A DNA stretch of 64,000 nt, taken from positions 310,001 to 374,000 of the forward strand of contig CATNEN010000035.1 of NCBI GenBank assembly GCA_950097015.1, in the 5' to 3' direction. Source of the stretch: Macrostomum hystrix (lineage: Eukaryota; Animalia; Platyhelminthes). Below, in pieces: positions 40,201 through 52,151 of the stretch. Below the pieces are notes generated by a model that saw only the letters and a list, made by a program, of their open reading frames with translations, was not told where the DNA came from and made no database searches. Each line of letters begins with the position of its first letter. Within the stretch, counting starts at the first letter, position 1. The position numbers and the translations under genes were made by a program.

Positions 40201-42012
40201 GAGGGGATTGCTAGTGAACTGAAGGGATTGTTAGTGAACTGAGGGATTGTTAGTGAACTGAGGGGATTGTTAGTGAACTGAGGGGATTGCTAGTGAACTG
40301 AGGGGATTGCTAGTGAACTGAAGGGATTGTTAGTGAACTGAGGGATTGTTAGTGAACTGAGGGGATTGTTAGTGATCTTAGTGTCAATTTGAGAATTTTT
40401 AGTCACTGAGTTTATTTTAGTTAACGTGGAAAGATTTTGTAAAACCAGTACTTTTTTCCGCTAAAAACGTACGCAATCATGGGATCTGAGAACTAATACC
40501 AGTTTTTATAAGACTTAAATGTGATCCTGATACAACTTGGAAAAAAACAAGAATAAGCTGGTACAATCAAGGTTTTTACCAGACCCTCGTAGATTTTGAG
40601 GATTATCAGGTAGCGTGTTAATCCTGTCGCATGAGGCACCTTCTCTCTCACCGGAGCTAGACTCTGAGGCCAATTTTTGAGTCTGCTCATCTCATCCTTC
40701 TTCGCCGACTTCCTCGGCTTTGGCTCGGAACAGATCAAACGATCCATACTACTGTGCTTTTCTGATGCTGAATGGAAATAAAACTTTTAATTATTAAAAT
40801 TTTAATCTCTGCCTGAGCTAAGGGATTGCGAAGGTGATAGCTGTGCCTACACGATTCAATAACAACTGCTTGATATACAAACATAATTAATTTGTCACTC
40901 AGTGAATTGAATCCGTTCGACAGGGGTGTTAGGTGTGTCAGCTAATTTCATACGATGGAAACATGTACTCACCTGTTCGAATACTCACCTTTTAGAATCA
41001 CCTCTAACACCTGTTAGAATACTCACCTGTTAGAATCACCTCTAACACCTGTTAGAATCACCTCTAACACCTGTTAGAATCACATCTAACACCTGTTAGA
41101 ATCACCTCTAACACCTGTTAGAATCACCTCTAACACCTGTTAGAATCACATATAACACCTGTTAGAATCACCTCTAACACCTGTTAGAATCACATCTAAC
41201 ATCTGTTAGAATACTCAGCAGTTAGACAGAATATTCATCTGATGCTACTCATATAAATTGCCTACGAACACCCTTGCAGAGGTTTTCTGTCAAACAAAGT
41301 CATTTAAACTCTGCTCCCAATTTATCGAATGATCATATCAGAACTCTCTGCGTTTTCATCAGCAGCGGCAGTGCATTCACCGGGCACCTGTTCGCCGAAG
41401 ATCGCTGACCGGGCCAACAGCCTCATCAGCAGCCGAAGTCCGCACCTGCAACAGCTGCAGCAGCAGCAGCACAACCTTCTTCAAAGACAGCGAAATCGTC
41501 AGACGAGCCTCGTAACTGGCTTCTGCGGCTTCGGTGGCGGCGTTGGCGGCGTTTGCGGCGGCGGCGGCGGTGGTCACCGCGACGATCGGCAGCTGTTTGT
41601 CGAGCTAAGCTTCCCGCGGCCTCGCACAGCCAGCGATGCGGCGGCAGCTGCTGCGGCTGCGGCTTCCGGGTCGCAGCGGTGGGCGCGCAATCGAGCCGGG
41701 TCCTACGGCAATCGAAGCGTGGCGTGCTGTGGCTGCGTCGGCGGAGGCTGCAGCGGCATCGGCTGGATGTCAAGCTCAGAGCAGATGCACTCCTGCGCCG
41801 ATCACCGCAGCAGTCGGGACAGCGAGGGCTCCTACGTGCCGATGGAATTTATTGCGCCTTCGACAGTTGCCGCCGCAGACTTCGCCGCGTCCGACATCAA
41901 CCAGCAGGACGTCTGCGAAGACTGCGAAGAGGAAATCTCAGACGAGGAAGATCCCTATTGGATTGGGCCGAGCCAGGTGGATCAGCGGCTGCGGCAGCCG
42001 GTTGCGGAGTAA
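31281..42012 (+). CDS. IRS: Insulin receptor substrate (IRS/chico-like) adaptor, ~642 aa. Exons: 31281-31636, 31726-32053, 34514-34836, 35483-35754, 41363-42012
   Basis: IRS-type PH domain (YLRPLKLRKKQFFVLR...LYVYKTEKHY...FLRFDTEDELNRW). IRS-type PTB domain (FSVLLRPRDL...GPYRLCLTD...IRSCVHS..FFQIHLGRLSPIGEG). The tail has YLDL (35610), YVPM (41833) and RxRxxS motifs. Exon phases 2,0,2,1 join into one frame. The last junction spans 5.6 kb, so small exons could be missed. Confidence 0.85.
32054..32370. repeat. 24-bp G-rich minisatellite GTGTCACTGGCTGAGGGGTGGAGG (~13 copies)
   Basis: Begins at the donor of IRS exon 2; unit identical to the array in calbindin intron 1. Confidence 0.97.
32672..32763 (+). 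other. Local duplicate of the IRS 5'UTR and start codon region (MAQAQLLQE), followed by a GT donor
   Basis: GTCTCATTCTTAATAAGATTAGGACT..AGACTTGAGGAGTGAGA(C/T)ATGGCACAGGCACAGCTG..GCAGGAG matches 31225-31307. Confidence 0.9.
32765..34484. repeat. 20-bp minisatellite AGAATA(C/T)TCACCTGTTAGAC / AGAATACTCACCAGTAAGAC (~85 copies)
   Basis: Tandem copies filling IRS intron 2; related to 40965-41245. Confidence 0.97.
34880..35340. repeat. 37-bp minisatellite GGGATCATT(A/G)AAAGAAATTGGGATCTAGAATCTGGAT
   Basis: Tandem copies in IRS intron 3. Confidence 0.93.
35790..37245. repeat. 29-bp minisatellite TTTGATTGGTTGTCATCTTCTTCAGTCAC (~50 copies)
   Basis: Tandem copies; nearly every unit carries CCAATCA on the - strand. 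Confidence 0.97.
37795..40380. repeat. 20-bp minisatellite GAACTGAGGGG(A/T)TTG(T/C)TAGT (~129 copies)
   Basis: The longest array in the window, in IRS intron 4. Confidence 0.97.
40965..41245. repeat. 22-bp minisatellite GAATCACCTCTAACACCTGTTA
   Basis: Tandem copies flanked by AATACTCACCTGTTAGA units of the 32765 family. Confidence 0.9.
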
Positions 42013-42481
42013 CCGGACAGTGGGATCAGAATCGAACATGGAAGTAAAATTGTGCTCCGTGAAACTGTTCCTGTTATTACTTCTGATTTAGTCGCGGTAC
42101 ATTGTTACTGCGAGTAGCAACATTTCAGTGAAACATCTTATTAAATGCATTACTGACGCTCCCATGCGCAAGTAATTGTGAAATCGATCTGCTTTATCGT
42201 TTTCGATTTTTTATATCCAATAGAAATTGCTGCAGTTTTTTGCAGTCATTGTCTCACTTTTGGTTATGATCTGTAAATCAATAAGTTTTAGGTATAAAAA
42301 ACTAACTGGCTCCACTTCGCTTTTTTAAAGTGAAATTGAATTGTTTACGAACATTTTTGTGATACAAATTTCCAAAGGATAGTACTGCAGGCAAAGACTA
42401 AAAAGCAAAAACTGTCGAAATTTATCATCTTTAGAGCAATATAATTGCATGATTCCGTTTGTGGCCAGTTGTTCTACGGTC

Positions 42482-43328
42482 AGCAGTAGTTAGTAGTAGT
42501 AGTAGTAGTAATAGTAGCAGCAGCAGCAGCAGTAGTGGTAGTAGTAGTAGTAGTAATAGTAGCAGCAGCAGCAGCAGTAGTGGTAGTAGTAGTAGCAGCA
42601 GCAGTAGTGGTAGTAGTAGTAGTAGTAATAGTAGCAGCAGCAGCAGTAGTAGTAGTAGTAGTAGTAGCAGCAGCAGTAGTGGTAGTAGTAGTAGTAGTAA
42701 TAGTAGCAGCAGCAGCAGTAGTGGTAGTAGTAGTAGTAGTAGTAGTAATAGTAGCAGCAGCAGCAGTAGTGGTAGTAGTGGTAGTAGTAGTAGTAGCAGC
42801 AGCAGCAGTAGTAGTAGTAGTAGTAGTAGCAGCAGCAGTAGTGGTAGTAGTAGTAGTAGTAATAGTAGCAGCAGCAGCAGTAGTGGTAGTAGTAGTAGTA
42901 GAAATAGTAGCAGCAGCAGCAGTAGTGGTAGTAGTAGTAGTAGTAGTAGTAGTAATAGTAGCAGCAGCAGCAGTAGTAGTAGTAGTAGTAGTAGTAGTAA
43001 TAGTAGCAGCAGCAGCAGCAGTAGTGGTAGTAGTAGTAGTAGTAATAGTAGTAGCAGCAGCAGTAGTGGTAGTAGTAGTAGTAGTAATAGTAGCAGCAGC
43101 AGCAGTAGTAGTAGTAGTAGTAGTAGCAGCAGCAGCAGCAGTAGTGGTAGTAGTAGTAGTAGTAATAGTAGCAGCAGCAGCAGTAGTGGTAGTAGTAGTA
43201 GTAGTAATAGTAGCAGCAGCAGTAGTAGTGGTAGTAGTAGTAGTAGTAATAGTAGTAGCAGCAGCAGTAGTGGTAGTAGTAGTAGTAGTAATAGTAGCAG
43301 CAGCAGCAGTAGTGGTAGTAGTAGTAGT

Positions 43329-43360
<32 letters not shown>

Positions 43361-43980
43361 TAGCAGCAGCAGCAGCAGTAGTGGTAGTAGTAGTAGTAGT
43401 AATAGTAGCAGCAGCAGCAGTAGTGGTAGTAGTAGTAGTAGTAATAGTAGCAGCAGCAGTAGTAGTGGTAGTAGAAGTAGTAGTAATAGTAGTAGCAGCA
43501 GCAGTAGTGGTAGTAGTAGTAGTAGTAATAGTAGCAGCAGCAGCAGTAGTGGTAGTAGTAGTAGTAGTAATAGTAGCAGCAGCAGCAGCAGTAGTGGTAG
43601 TAGTAGTAGTAGAAATAGTAGCAGCAGCAGCAGTAGTAGTAGTAGTAGTAGTAGCAGCAGCAGCAGCAGTAGTGGTAGTAGTAGTAGTAGTAATAGTAGC
43701 AGCAGCAGCAGTAGTGGTAGTAGTAGTAGTAGTAATAGTAGCAGCAGCAGTAGTAGTGGTAGTAGTAGTAGTAGTAATAGTAGTAGCAGCAGCAGTAGTG
43801 GTAGTAGTAGTAGTAGTAATAGTAGCAGCAGCAGCAGTAGTGGTAGTAGTAGTAGTAGTAATAGTAGCAGCAGCAGCAGCAGTAGTGGTAGTAGTAGTAG
43901 TAGTAATAGTAGCAGCAGCAGCAGTAGTAGTAGTAGTAGTAGTAGCAGCAGCAGCAGCAGTAGTGGTAGTAGTAGTAGTT
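42482..43980. repeat. (AGT)n(AGC)n compound microsatellite with ~42-bp higher-order period
   Basis: Abuts the 3' end (AATAAAAAATAAA on the - strand) of the SINE at 43981-44300. Confidence 0.97.
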
Positions 43981-44300
43981 TTTATTTTTTATTGGCCAAT
44001 CGGGCCAGGTGTGCAGCCGACAGCACAGTCGCAGCTATTGCGCAGCGCATCTGAAGACTGCGTACAGTTCAGTCCATGGACTGGGGCCCACCATGGACTG
44101 GGGCCCACCATAGACTGGACGCTACACCCACCTTCAATTATCCCAGCTAATGCTGGTACCCATTTAAAAGCTGGGTGAACTGAAGCAATGCAGAGTTAAG
44201 TGTCTTGCTGAAGGACACAAATTGTTTCAGTGGAGTCGGGAATCGAACCCTCGACCTTCAAGTCGTGAGTCCGACGCCCTAACCACTAGGCTACAACCTC
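43981..44300 (-). mobile_element. tRNA-derived SINE with CORE-like central domain
   Basis: On the - strand: Pol III A box TAGCCTAGTGG (44293-44283) and B box GGTTCGATTCC (44249-44239). These are followed by TTGTGTCCTTCAGCAAGACACTTAACTCT..CACCCAGC..AAATGGGTACCAGC (CORE-SINE-like), an A-rich end and a (CTA/CTG)n tail. Confidence 0.8.
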
Positions 44301-44635
44301 CTCAGGTAGTAGTAGCTTGCCTGCATACGGTATCTGTATGTGTGCGTGTGTGCTCAAGTTTCATACTAGCACATTTTAATATTTATCAAGGCAGCAAGAT
44401 CAGTTGAATGAAAGATAGCAGTAGCAAACTATCCAAAAATTTAGTGTTCAAGACTTTGTAAATCTTATTAATGGCTTCAGGGTCCTCCTTTCTAATTCTG
44501 GTTTCACTCACAGCGTAGCCAACTCTATTGTTCGTGTTGCACACTAGTTTCTAAGGGACCTTGAGTCAGGATATAATTACGAGATTTGTGTTTTCGCATT
44601 CATGGAAATTAACAAATGTTTAAAAGAGAAAGATT

Positions 44636-44974
44636 TGTGACGAACTAGAGTTCGTGTGCAGACGAGTTTTCCCAGAAGTTATAAGAAATTATGTGAGACC
44701 AAAAACGACTTCTTAATGTCAACCAACGGCTTGTCAGCGGCAGCGCCAGGGTCCCGGTTCCTTGTTCTCGAATCCAATGTGGCAAGTCTCCAGCTATTAA
44801 AATGTCTTAATTATTTAAAATGTCTGTACTCCTTCGACTTTATGAGGCTCGTAGCTATATTCCGCTCCGACGCTCGCTCTTATGCCACAAACCGTCTTTT
44901 TAAGTTATATTTAAATTCGCGCCAGTTTTCTCAGAAAGAAAAAGTAAACAAAAATAAATAGTGGCATCGTCACA
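44636..44974 (-). repeat. 3' LTR
   Basis: TGTGACGA..TCGTCACA terminal inverted ends; preceded on the - strand by the PPT at 44975-44988. Confidence 0.95.
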
Positions 44975-45717
44975 CCCGCCCCTTCTCCAAAAAACGAAAG
45001 CTGCTATTAACAGTAGCGACAAACGATGAAGTATGAATAGAACCCACAGAATCAAACAAGTTAAACCCCAAAAGCGGAACAAATAACCCGCGAGCGTAGA
45101 TGGCTAACAAAAGCGCCAATCGCGGAGCGCAACTCACATAGCAAGGCACAAATTGCCCATAACTGGGTTCTCGACAGACTGATGATAACAAACAAGTGGT
45201 GATAACAAACGCAACTAGAAAACCCACTAGGCTTAATCGAGTCATCTTTTCCCAGGCACACAGGCACGGTCAGCAAAAGAGACTGGAACGAATGATGGAA
45301 CACCCCTGCTAATACAGCCGCATGACACAATCGCATGACAAAAAAGAACACGATGAAAACAGGGCTGACCGGAAACACTTCTAGGCTTGGCAAAACTGGG
45401 GAAGTCCGCGAACGCTAACGGCTTTCCATAAAAAAACGCAGTCCAAACTTACAACGCACAGGGCGGAACAGCGACTACAGGGCAACCTCGGTAACACGGC
45501 ACCAACAGAAGGCAGGGTCAACGGACCGGGCTGAACCACAGACACTCGAAGGCAAAAACTCTTCTCAGCGGGGCGAAAACTTAAAAACATCGGTTAAGCT
45601 CTCATGCTTGCCGCAGACGGCATGCACCCCGGGGTCACTGCGTGATCTCAGGCAGACTGGCTGTCTCCGAAGTGCTGGAGTGTGCATGTGGCCGACTTTG
45701 CGGTTGATTGGCGACGG

Positions 45718-45882
45718 ATGACTCAGTGCCGGATGACTCGGTGATGGCTGGCTCGGTGACGGCTGGCTCGGTGACGGCTAGCTCGGTGACGGCTGGCTCG
45801 GTGACGGCTGGCTCGGTGACGGCTGGCTCGGTGACGGCTGGCTCGGTGACGGCTGGCTCGGTGACGGCTGACTCGGTGACGA
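45718..45882. repeat. 15-bp tandem repeat GGCTCGGTGACGGCT in the retrotransposon 3' region
   Basis: About 11 copies; reads VTEPA repeats on the - strand. Confidence 0.9.
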
Positions 45883-46409
45883 CGGAGCGACGCACATCTA
45901 TGGCCCGGTCGACGACACGCAGCAGTCGTCAGCGGTCGCAGGCGGTCTGACTAGGCAAGGGCCGCGAGACAGGTCAGAGCCGACTCTGGCAGACTTCCGG
46001 CCAGCCTACGATTAGCCGGATGCCCGCGGTCGTCCGCAACGGTAGCGAGCGAGCGACACCAGCAGCAGAAAGCCCGCAGTCCTCACCAGTGAAGACCACC
46101 GACCTCAACCACAGCGAAGTCACCGACGGTGACCACGGCCACTTCCGCCACCGGCCTCACCTGGCGAGACAGAACACAGCACAACAGGCAGACGGGTGGC
46201 TAAGGCCAACCCAGGCAGAGCACAGCACAGACAAACAACAGAGACCGCAAAAACAAACAGAACAAGAAAACCTAAGAAAAACCTCAAGAGTGAATAAGAC
46301 ATTAAAGATAATCCGAAGAGCGCCACAACAGACATTCGTTAAAATCCCCCTTCGATCTCCAGAGGGGCAGCAGGAAGGACGGACGCAGACTCTAACCGCG
46401 CTCTTCCCC

Positions 46410-49400
46410 TCACCACAGACCCGATGGGAGAAACAGCGTCTGGATGAATCTAGAGGGCTTACGCACGACCCTCCCCGACCTCGTGGTGGTTGTGTGGGCT
46501 ACCACTGACTCCTCCTTTAAGACGCTGGGAGCAGATCCCGGACGAGTTGGCTCCTCCTTCGGGCTCACGATTCCCGGGTCCGGGGGCTCTGGGCTCCGTG
46601 GGGTGGTGGGACGAGAGGCTTGAACTGACTGATGACTAGCAGGCTCCAGATCTAGCGGGGTGGCAGCACTGCTGTGGGTCGCAGCTTCAGTGGGCAACGT
46701 CACGCTGTCAGCCCGTGACACGCTAGGCGGTGGACTTACTGTGCTTTCTTGTTCTTGCGCAGCGCTACTAGAACTGTCAACACTACTTCAGGACTTCAGC
46801 GCCTTCAAGGCCACTCGCATCGCCACGACTGGCAACCGACATAGAGGACTCGGGCAACGCTTGGCTACTTCTGTCAGACTCGCTGACTGACAGCTTAGTG
46901 CGAAATTGCTCAACAGCATCTAAGTAGCTAGGCTTCCTCACACAGCGTTTCAATCGATCCACATTGTACACATTGTGCTTGGGGTTCGGCAACCTCTGGT
47001 CAGACCCACGGGGGTCTGCTTCGGGCACGAGGCGATAACTCCGCTCTGTGATCTTTTGAATTACACGGTAGGGACCTAGCCACACATTGGAATCCAGGCC
47101 TTTGTGACTTTGATTGAGAACCCATACTATCTCGTCGACTTCAAAGCAGCTATGGTACAGGCCTCTGTCATAGTAACCCTTTTGGCGCTGCTGGGCTTTG
47201 CCCCGAATTTCTCTGGCTAAAGTGGAGACATCCACTAAGTCCTTGTAAAGTCTATGGGCGAATACTTCCGGACAATGCTGTTCCTGTGGCGGACGCCCGT
47301 ACTTGAGGTCCAATGGGAACATGAGCTCTCTCCCTAAGAATAACTTGGCTGGCGTGAAACCCGTAGATTCAGCCACTGTCGCCCGGATGGACAGGCCTGT
47401 TAAGCGGGCGGCTAGTGACCAATCGCACTGTTTCTCTATGCTCACGGCCCGGATCTGGGCTTTAATGGTCTGAATGACTCGCTCAACCTTGCCATATGGC
47501 CTGTGTTCGGCGGGCTGCGATGCGAACTCGGTCAATTTCCAGGAGCCTTAGCAGTTCATCTAATGTCTGGTTAATAAAAGCGGTCCCATTATCGGACACT
47601 AGGTTCTCCGTCGCTCCCCACCTAACTACTCACTCAGACAGAATAGCTTGGGCGGTAGTGGAAGCGGAAGCATCCGGAACTGGGACAATCTCTAGCCAGC
47701 CTGAGAACTTATCGATCAGGATCAGCAGGTACTTATTTTTGTCTTGCTCAGGGAATGGCCCGGCGTGGTCAACGTGGACAGTCTGGTTTGGATAGCCAGC
47801 TACCGCTGGCTGAATGGGCTCTTTGTTTATTCTCTTTCCCTTTTTGGTCCGGGCGCAGATCTCACACTTCGCAATAACTGCCTTGACCAGAACTTCTAGA
47901 TTGCTAACGTGGAAACGTGACTTCATGGCTCTCAGGGTCTTGGATACACCACAATGGTTTATTTCGCAGTGGTAACTTTTGATCAGGTCTTCACGAATTA
48001 GCAGTTTCGGGAATGACTAGCACAGACCGGGCTGGGCGTCCCTTCTTGGCTGGTTTTCTAACGAACAGCAAGCCCTCCTTAACAAACAGGTTTTCAAACT
48101 TCGACCAGAGCTGTCTTTCCCGACTGCATGATTGAAACTCACTCTTGTCCCATTTCTCACCCGTCTGGACAGCACTTAAGAGGTTCGCTAGGTCTATTGA
48201 TGATTCTTGCACCTCCCTAGCCCAGCTCTCGTCCTGAGCCTCTGTCATTTCTTCGGTTTCGGTTTCGGCTTCCGAAGAATCTAGGTCGACAGGGCAAGGT
48301 CGAAGGGCTTGAGCACCTTGGACTGGCTGTCTATAGCCTGAATACCGACTGGCGGCAGGGTGGGCTCTACTGTCTTAGTCTCGTTCAGATCCGTCGCGAG
48401 CGCTACAGGGACATTCTGACTCTTGTCTATGGCTTTAAAGCTAACTGACAATGGGGCGGAATTAACCGACACTTCTTGGGCTCGCATCGGTAAGGTGGGC
48501 TCAGGCCCAGGGGCTGTAGACACCTCTACTTCACAGCTGCTTGGCGTCACTGATTGACTCTGGCTGTCAAATTGGGTCCTAGATGGAGCTACGCCCTCCG
48601 AATTCTGGGTGCTCACATTGGCTTTGGTGCTCACGGACCCTGTGGCTTGAGTGCTCACGGACACTGTGGCTTGGATGCTCATGGTGCCTCCTTCCGGGCC
48701 TGGAGTCTGACTCCACGCGTTCACTTTCCCGCCTGACACCTGGCGACACGGACGATGGCGGTCTGTGGGTTTGCCTGTTGAAACTTTTCCTTGAATGCCG
48801 GGATCTTACTACAATTGGGGCAGTCAATGTGGTCTGCTCGAAACCTGGGATTGCGGCTAAGGATGTCAGCATTGACATGGTCTTTTCCAGCCCTATGATG
48901 GACTTCAAAAATCGTATTCGGCTATGCGCTCTAGCCGAGTCTGGTCAACCCGGAAGTCATAGACTTCTATCGTCGACAGCCACTGGGCTAACATGCCGGT
49001 GGCGTGTTTTTTTGAGTGCAGCCACTGCAGGGCTGCTGCGTCAGTTCTGACTATGAATGGCCTATCTAGGAGGTAGGTCCGGAACTGCTCTAACATGATA
49101 ACTACCCCAGGAGCTCTCGCATTGTGGCACAGTAATTCCGTTGCGCGGCAGAGAATTTTTTTGAGGCATAGGCTATGACACATTCCTGATGCCGGACCCT
49201 TCTGGGAAAGAACCGCGCCCGTTCCATTCAGGGAGCTGTCGCAGTCCAGGACGAACTGGCCTGCATTGGGCGATAAGTCTGGGTAGGCTAGCACTGGGGG
49301 CGCGTAAAGCCTGGTCTTTAAGTCGGCGAATGCCTCCTCGTGCTCGGCCTTCCAAACAAACTTACCCTTTCCACGGGCCAGCGCATAGAGCGGTGCCGCA

Positions 49401-51034
49401 ACAACGGAGAAATCGGGAACAAATTTGGGTAATAATTCACAAACCCCAGAAACGAGAGCACTTCCTTTGGATATGTGGGTGTGGACCACTCGCGAATGGC
49501 TTTAGTCTTGGCTGGATCGGCTTCAATTCCCTTGCCTGAGACAATGAAACCTAAAAATTTGACTTTATCACGGAACAACTCACACTTGCTGGGCTTAATC
49601 TTTAGACTTGCCTTACGGAGGCGCCAAAGAACTAAGGCTAAGTGGCCGATCATTTGATCGTGGTCTCTTGCCTTCACAATAATGTCATCCAGATACACTA
49701 GGCCCACTCTAAGGAGTAATGGCTGGAGCACTTTCTGCATCAATCTAGCAAAGGTGGCGGGAGCGGTCTTCAGCCTAAATGGGACCACTGTCCAGCGAAA
49801 CGTGCCCTGGGGGCAGGAAAAAGCCGTTAAATCTCTGTCCCGCTCTCTCACACCTACCTGCCAATACGCGGATGTCAGATCTAGGCTGCAGAACACCTGG
49901 GCCCCTGCTAAACTATCAAAGGACTCATCAATTAGCGGCAAAGGGAAGCTGCACGGCTTTATTCTTGTGTTAGTGAATCGGTAGTCAATGCAAAGTATTT
50001 GCGACCCATCTTTCTTTTTGATTAAAACTATCGGAGCCGCCCATTCCGTCTGGTGACATTCCTCAATCACTCCACAGTCAAGCAGCTCCGCGATGTACTG
50101 GTCTAAAAACTCTTTCTGCCCTGGCGATGTGCGGCGAGTGGGCTGGAACACGGGGCGACAGGTTGGGTCCTTCAGTTCTATTTCCATTTCCACTAGGGTT
50201 GTGTGGCCTAGGTCTGTGTCAGACTTTGAGATCTGACTCATGAAATAATTGAGCAGCTTCATAGTAGTGGCCATTTGGACAGGCGATAGTTTGGTCTGAT
50301 CGAGACGAAATTGATCTCTCAGCCACTCCCGAGTCCTTTCGTCTGGGGGCGGGAGCTTCTCCACTAGCCTGACTAAGTTACCTACGTTCTCAGTTGTAAA
50401 ATGCTTCTCATGGAGCTGAGTTTCAGACACTACTTCATCAGGGCCAATGCTCTGGAAGAGGCGATTTCCTGACCCTTTCTAATGGCGACGGGCTGGTCCT
50501 CACTGTTTAGCAGACGAACTAGGACATGGCGGCCATCAGAAACATTGTCCAGAGATCGGGCGACCATACATTCCCCCTCGTAGGTAACTCGCCTGACACG
50601 ATAAAGTTCTGTGTCCCCTTGAATGACTGGGACCACCTCTCCATCCACTGTGGCTTTGCCATCGGCCACCAGAAGGTTAACCTTAAAATTGCACATAAAG
50701 TCCAGACCTAAAAGGACATCTGAGAGCCCCGTCTCCATAACTAAGAAAACCTGCGGCTTGGTTAGGTTGCCCAGGGATACCTCACAATGCAGCGTACCTA
50801 ATATTGCGGTCTGGGTACTGCAGTGGCATTGCGCTTCTGCGTGGACGGGGTGAAAACGTTGTTAATTGGGTCAGCTTTCACCAGTTGGTCCCTTACTTTG
50901 GTGCCCATAACACTGGCATTCGCGCCAGAGTCAAGACAGGAAATTATGCTGCTCTCTCCTACACTTAACTGGACAAAAAAACTCGACTCAGTTCGGCACT
51001 CAGGATTACTGAGTTGTATACAGAAATGTGACAC
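46410..51034 (-). pseudogene. pol: Gypsy pol, frameshifted: protease ~51034-50430, RT ~50430-49480, RNase H ~49480-48850, low-complexity tether ~48740-48280, integrase ~48250-46780, C-terminal tail to 46410
   Basis: PR: LDSGA. RT: WAAPIVLIKKKDG, LCIDYR, LDLTSAYWQV, YLDDIIV. RH: FVLDCDSS, FIVRTDAAALQWL, HHRAGKDHVNADILSR. IN: CEIC, VHVDHAGPF, LIDKFSGW, GKVERVIQTIK, TGFTPAKLFLGR, WLGPYRV. The frame changes many times between consecutive ORFs. Confidence 0.93.
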
Positions 51035-51399
51035 AAGTGGAGTTTTCTTTTAACAAAATACATAGGAAGTACACTCGCTAAAGCCACACTGTTACACAAG
51101 CAGGGTATTATAATGACGAAGTAAACAGAAAGTACCGAGACTAAAGCCACACTACTTGCAGAAATTTATAGCGTTAAATGTCATGAATATTTTATGCGAA
51201 TGCGCGGTATTCTAAAAAACTTTCCCAGCAAATCAATGAATATGTTAATAAATATTCAAATAAAACAATGGACTTATTAATTTCCGCTGCTAAATGAATT
51301 AATGACGGAATTTTTTGCTGCTGGCAGGAATTAATGCTACCCCCCTATCTTATATACTAAAAATGAAAATCTTGGTTGGTTGGTTGTAATTGATTTTCT

Positions 51400-51815
51400 C
51401 TGCTGCTGGGGGGGAATTAGTTCTCCTCTGCTGGGGGAATTAGGGGGGAATTTGTTCTCTGCTGCTGGGGGGGAATTAGTTCTCCTCTGCTGGGGGAATA
51501 AGGGGAGGAATTAGTTCTCTGCTGCTCGGGGGGGGATTAGTTCTCTGCTGCTGGGGGGAATTAGTTCTCTGCTGCTGGGGGGGAATTAGGCGGGAATTAG
51601 TTCTCTGCTGCTGAGGGAGGAATTAGTTCTCTGCTGCTGAGGGAGGAATTAGTTCTCTGCTGCTGAGGGGGGAATTAGTTCTCTGCTGCTGGGGGGAATT
51701 AGTTCTCTGCTGCTGAGGGAGGAATTAGTTCTCTGCTGCTGAGGGGGAATTAGTTCTCTGCTGCTGGGGGGAATTAGTTCTCTGCTGCTGGGGGGGGAAT
51801 TAGTTCTCTGCTGCT
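51400..51815. repeat. ~24-27-bp minisatellite GGGGGGAATTAGTTCTCTGCTGCT
   Basis: Tandem copies inside the foreign segment of the LTR element. Confidence 0.93.
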
Positions 51816-52151
51816 ACAGCTTGGTGTACAGACCCGATGTCTCAGAATGTATTCAAGCTCAGACTGACTATTTCTGTATTTAGTGAGAATTCAAATTCTC
51901 TTTGATTCGCAATCACGTATATTCGCAATCATGGAAATTATTACCGACGAAATGAGTTTACGTTTTTGTTTGCTTTCAGGTGTGTTTTGTCCCTATGCAT
52001 TGCACAAGATTTTTTGTCTGAACAGTAGTGCCCCCCAAGGGGGGCTTAGTGTGCTAGTTTTTCTCTATAAATACAAGAGCAAAATTTTGACAGTTTTTTC
52101 ACCAAGTCGCATCGACTAAGAATTACACTATCAAGACATCGGCAAAGCAAC

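Noticed and set aside
40493-40747. 84-aa - strand ORF in IRS intron 4
   Set aside because: No recognisable domain or splice context.
4698-44178. Long repetitive ORFs (KDSNGFL, LPSSLP, HEIHEL/MDLMDL/HGS, poly-Ser, poly-Val/Ala, [14 protein letters not shown])
   Set aside because: They coincide exactly with tandem arrays whose units lack stops in some frame. They lie in introns or intergenic DNA and show no independent coding evidence.
44225-44300. Apparent tRNA-Val(CAC) gene on the - strand
   Set aside because: A and B boxes are present, but the anticodon and acceptor stems pair poorly. It runs into a CORE-like domain and tail, so it is a SINE head.
44990-46400. Possible env-like third ORF in the retrotransposon 3' region
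   Set aside because: Only short ORFs, including the VTEPA repeat; no signal peptide plus TM architecture in a single frame.
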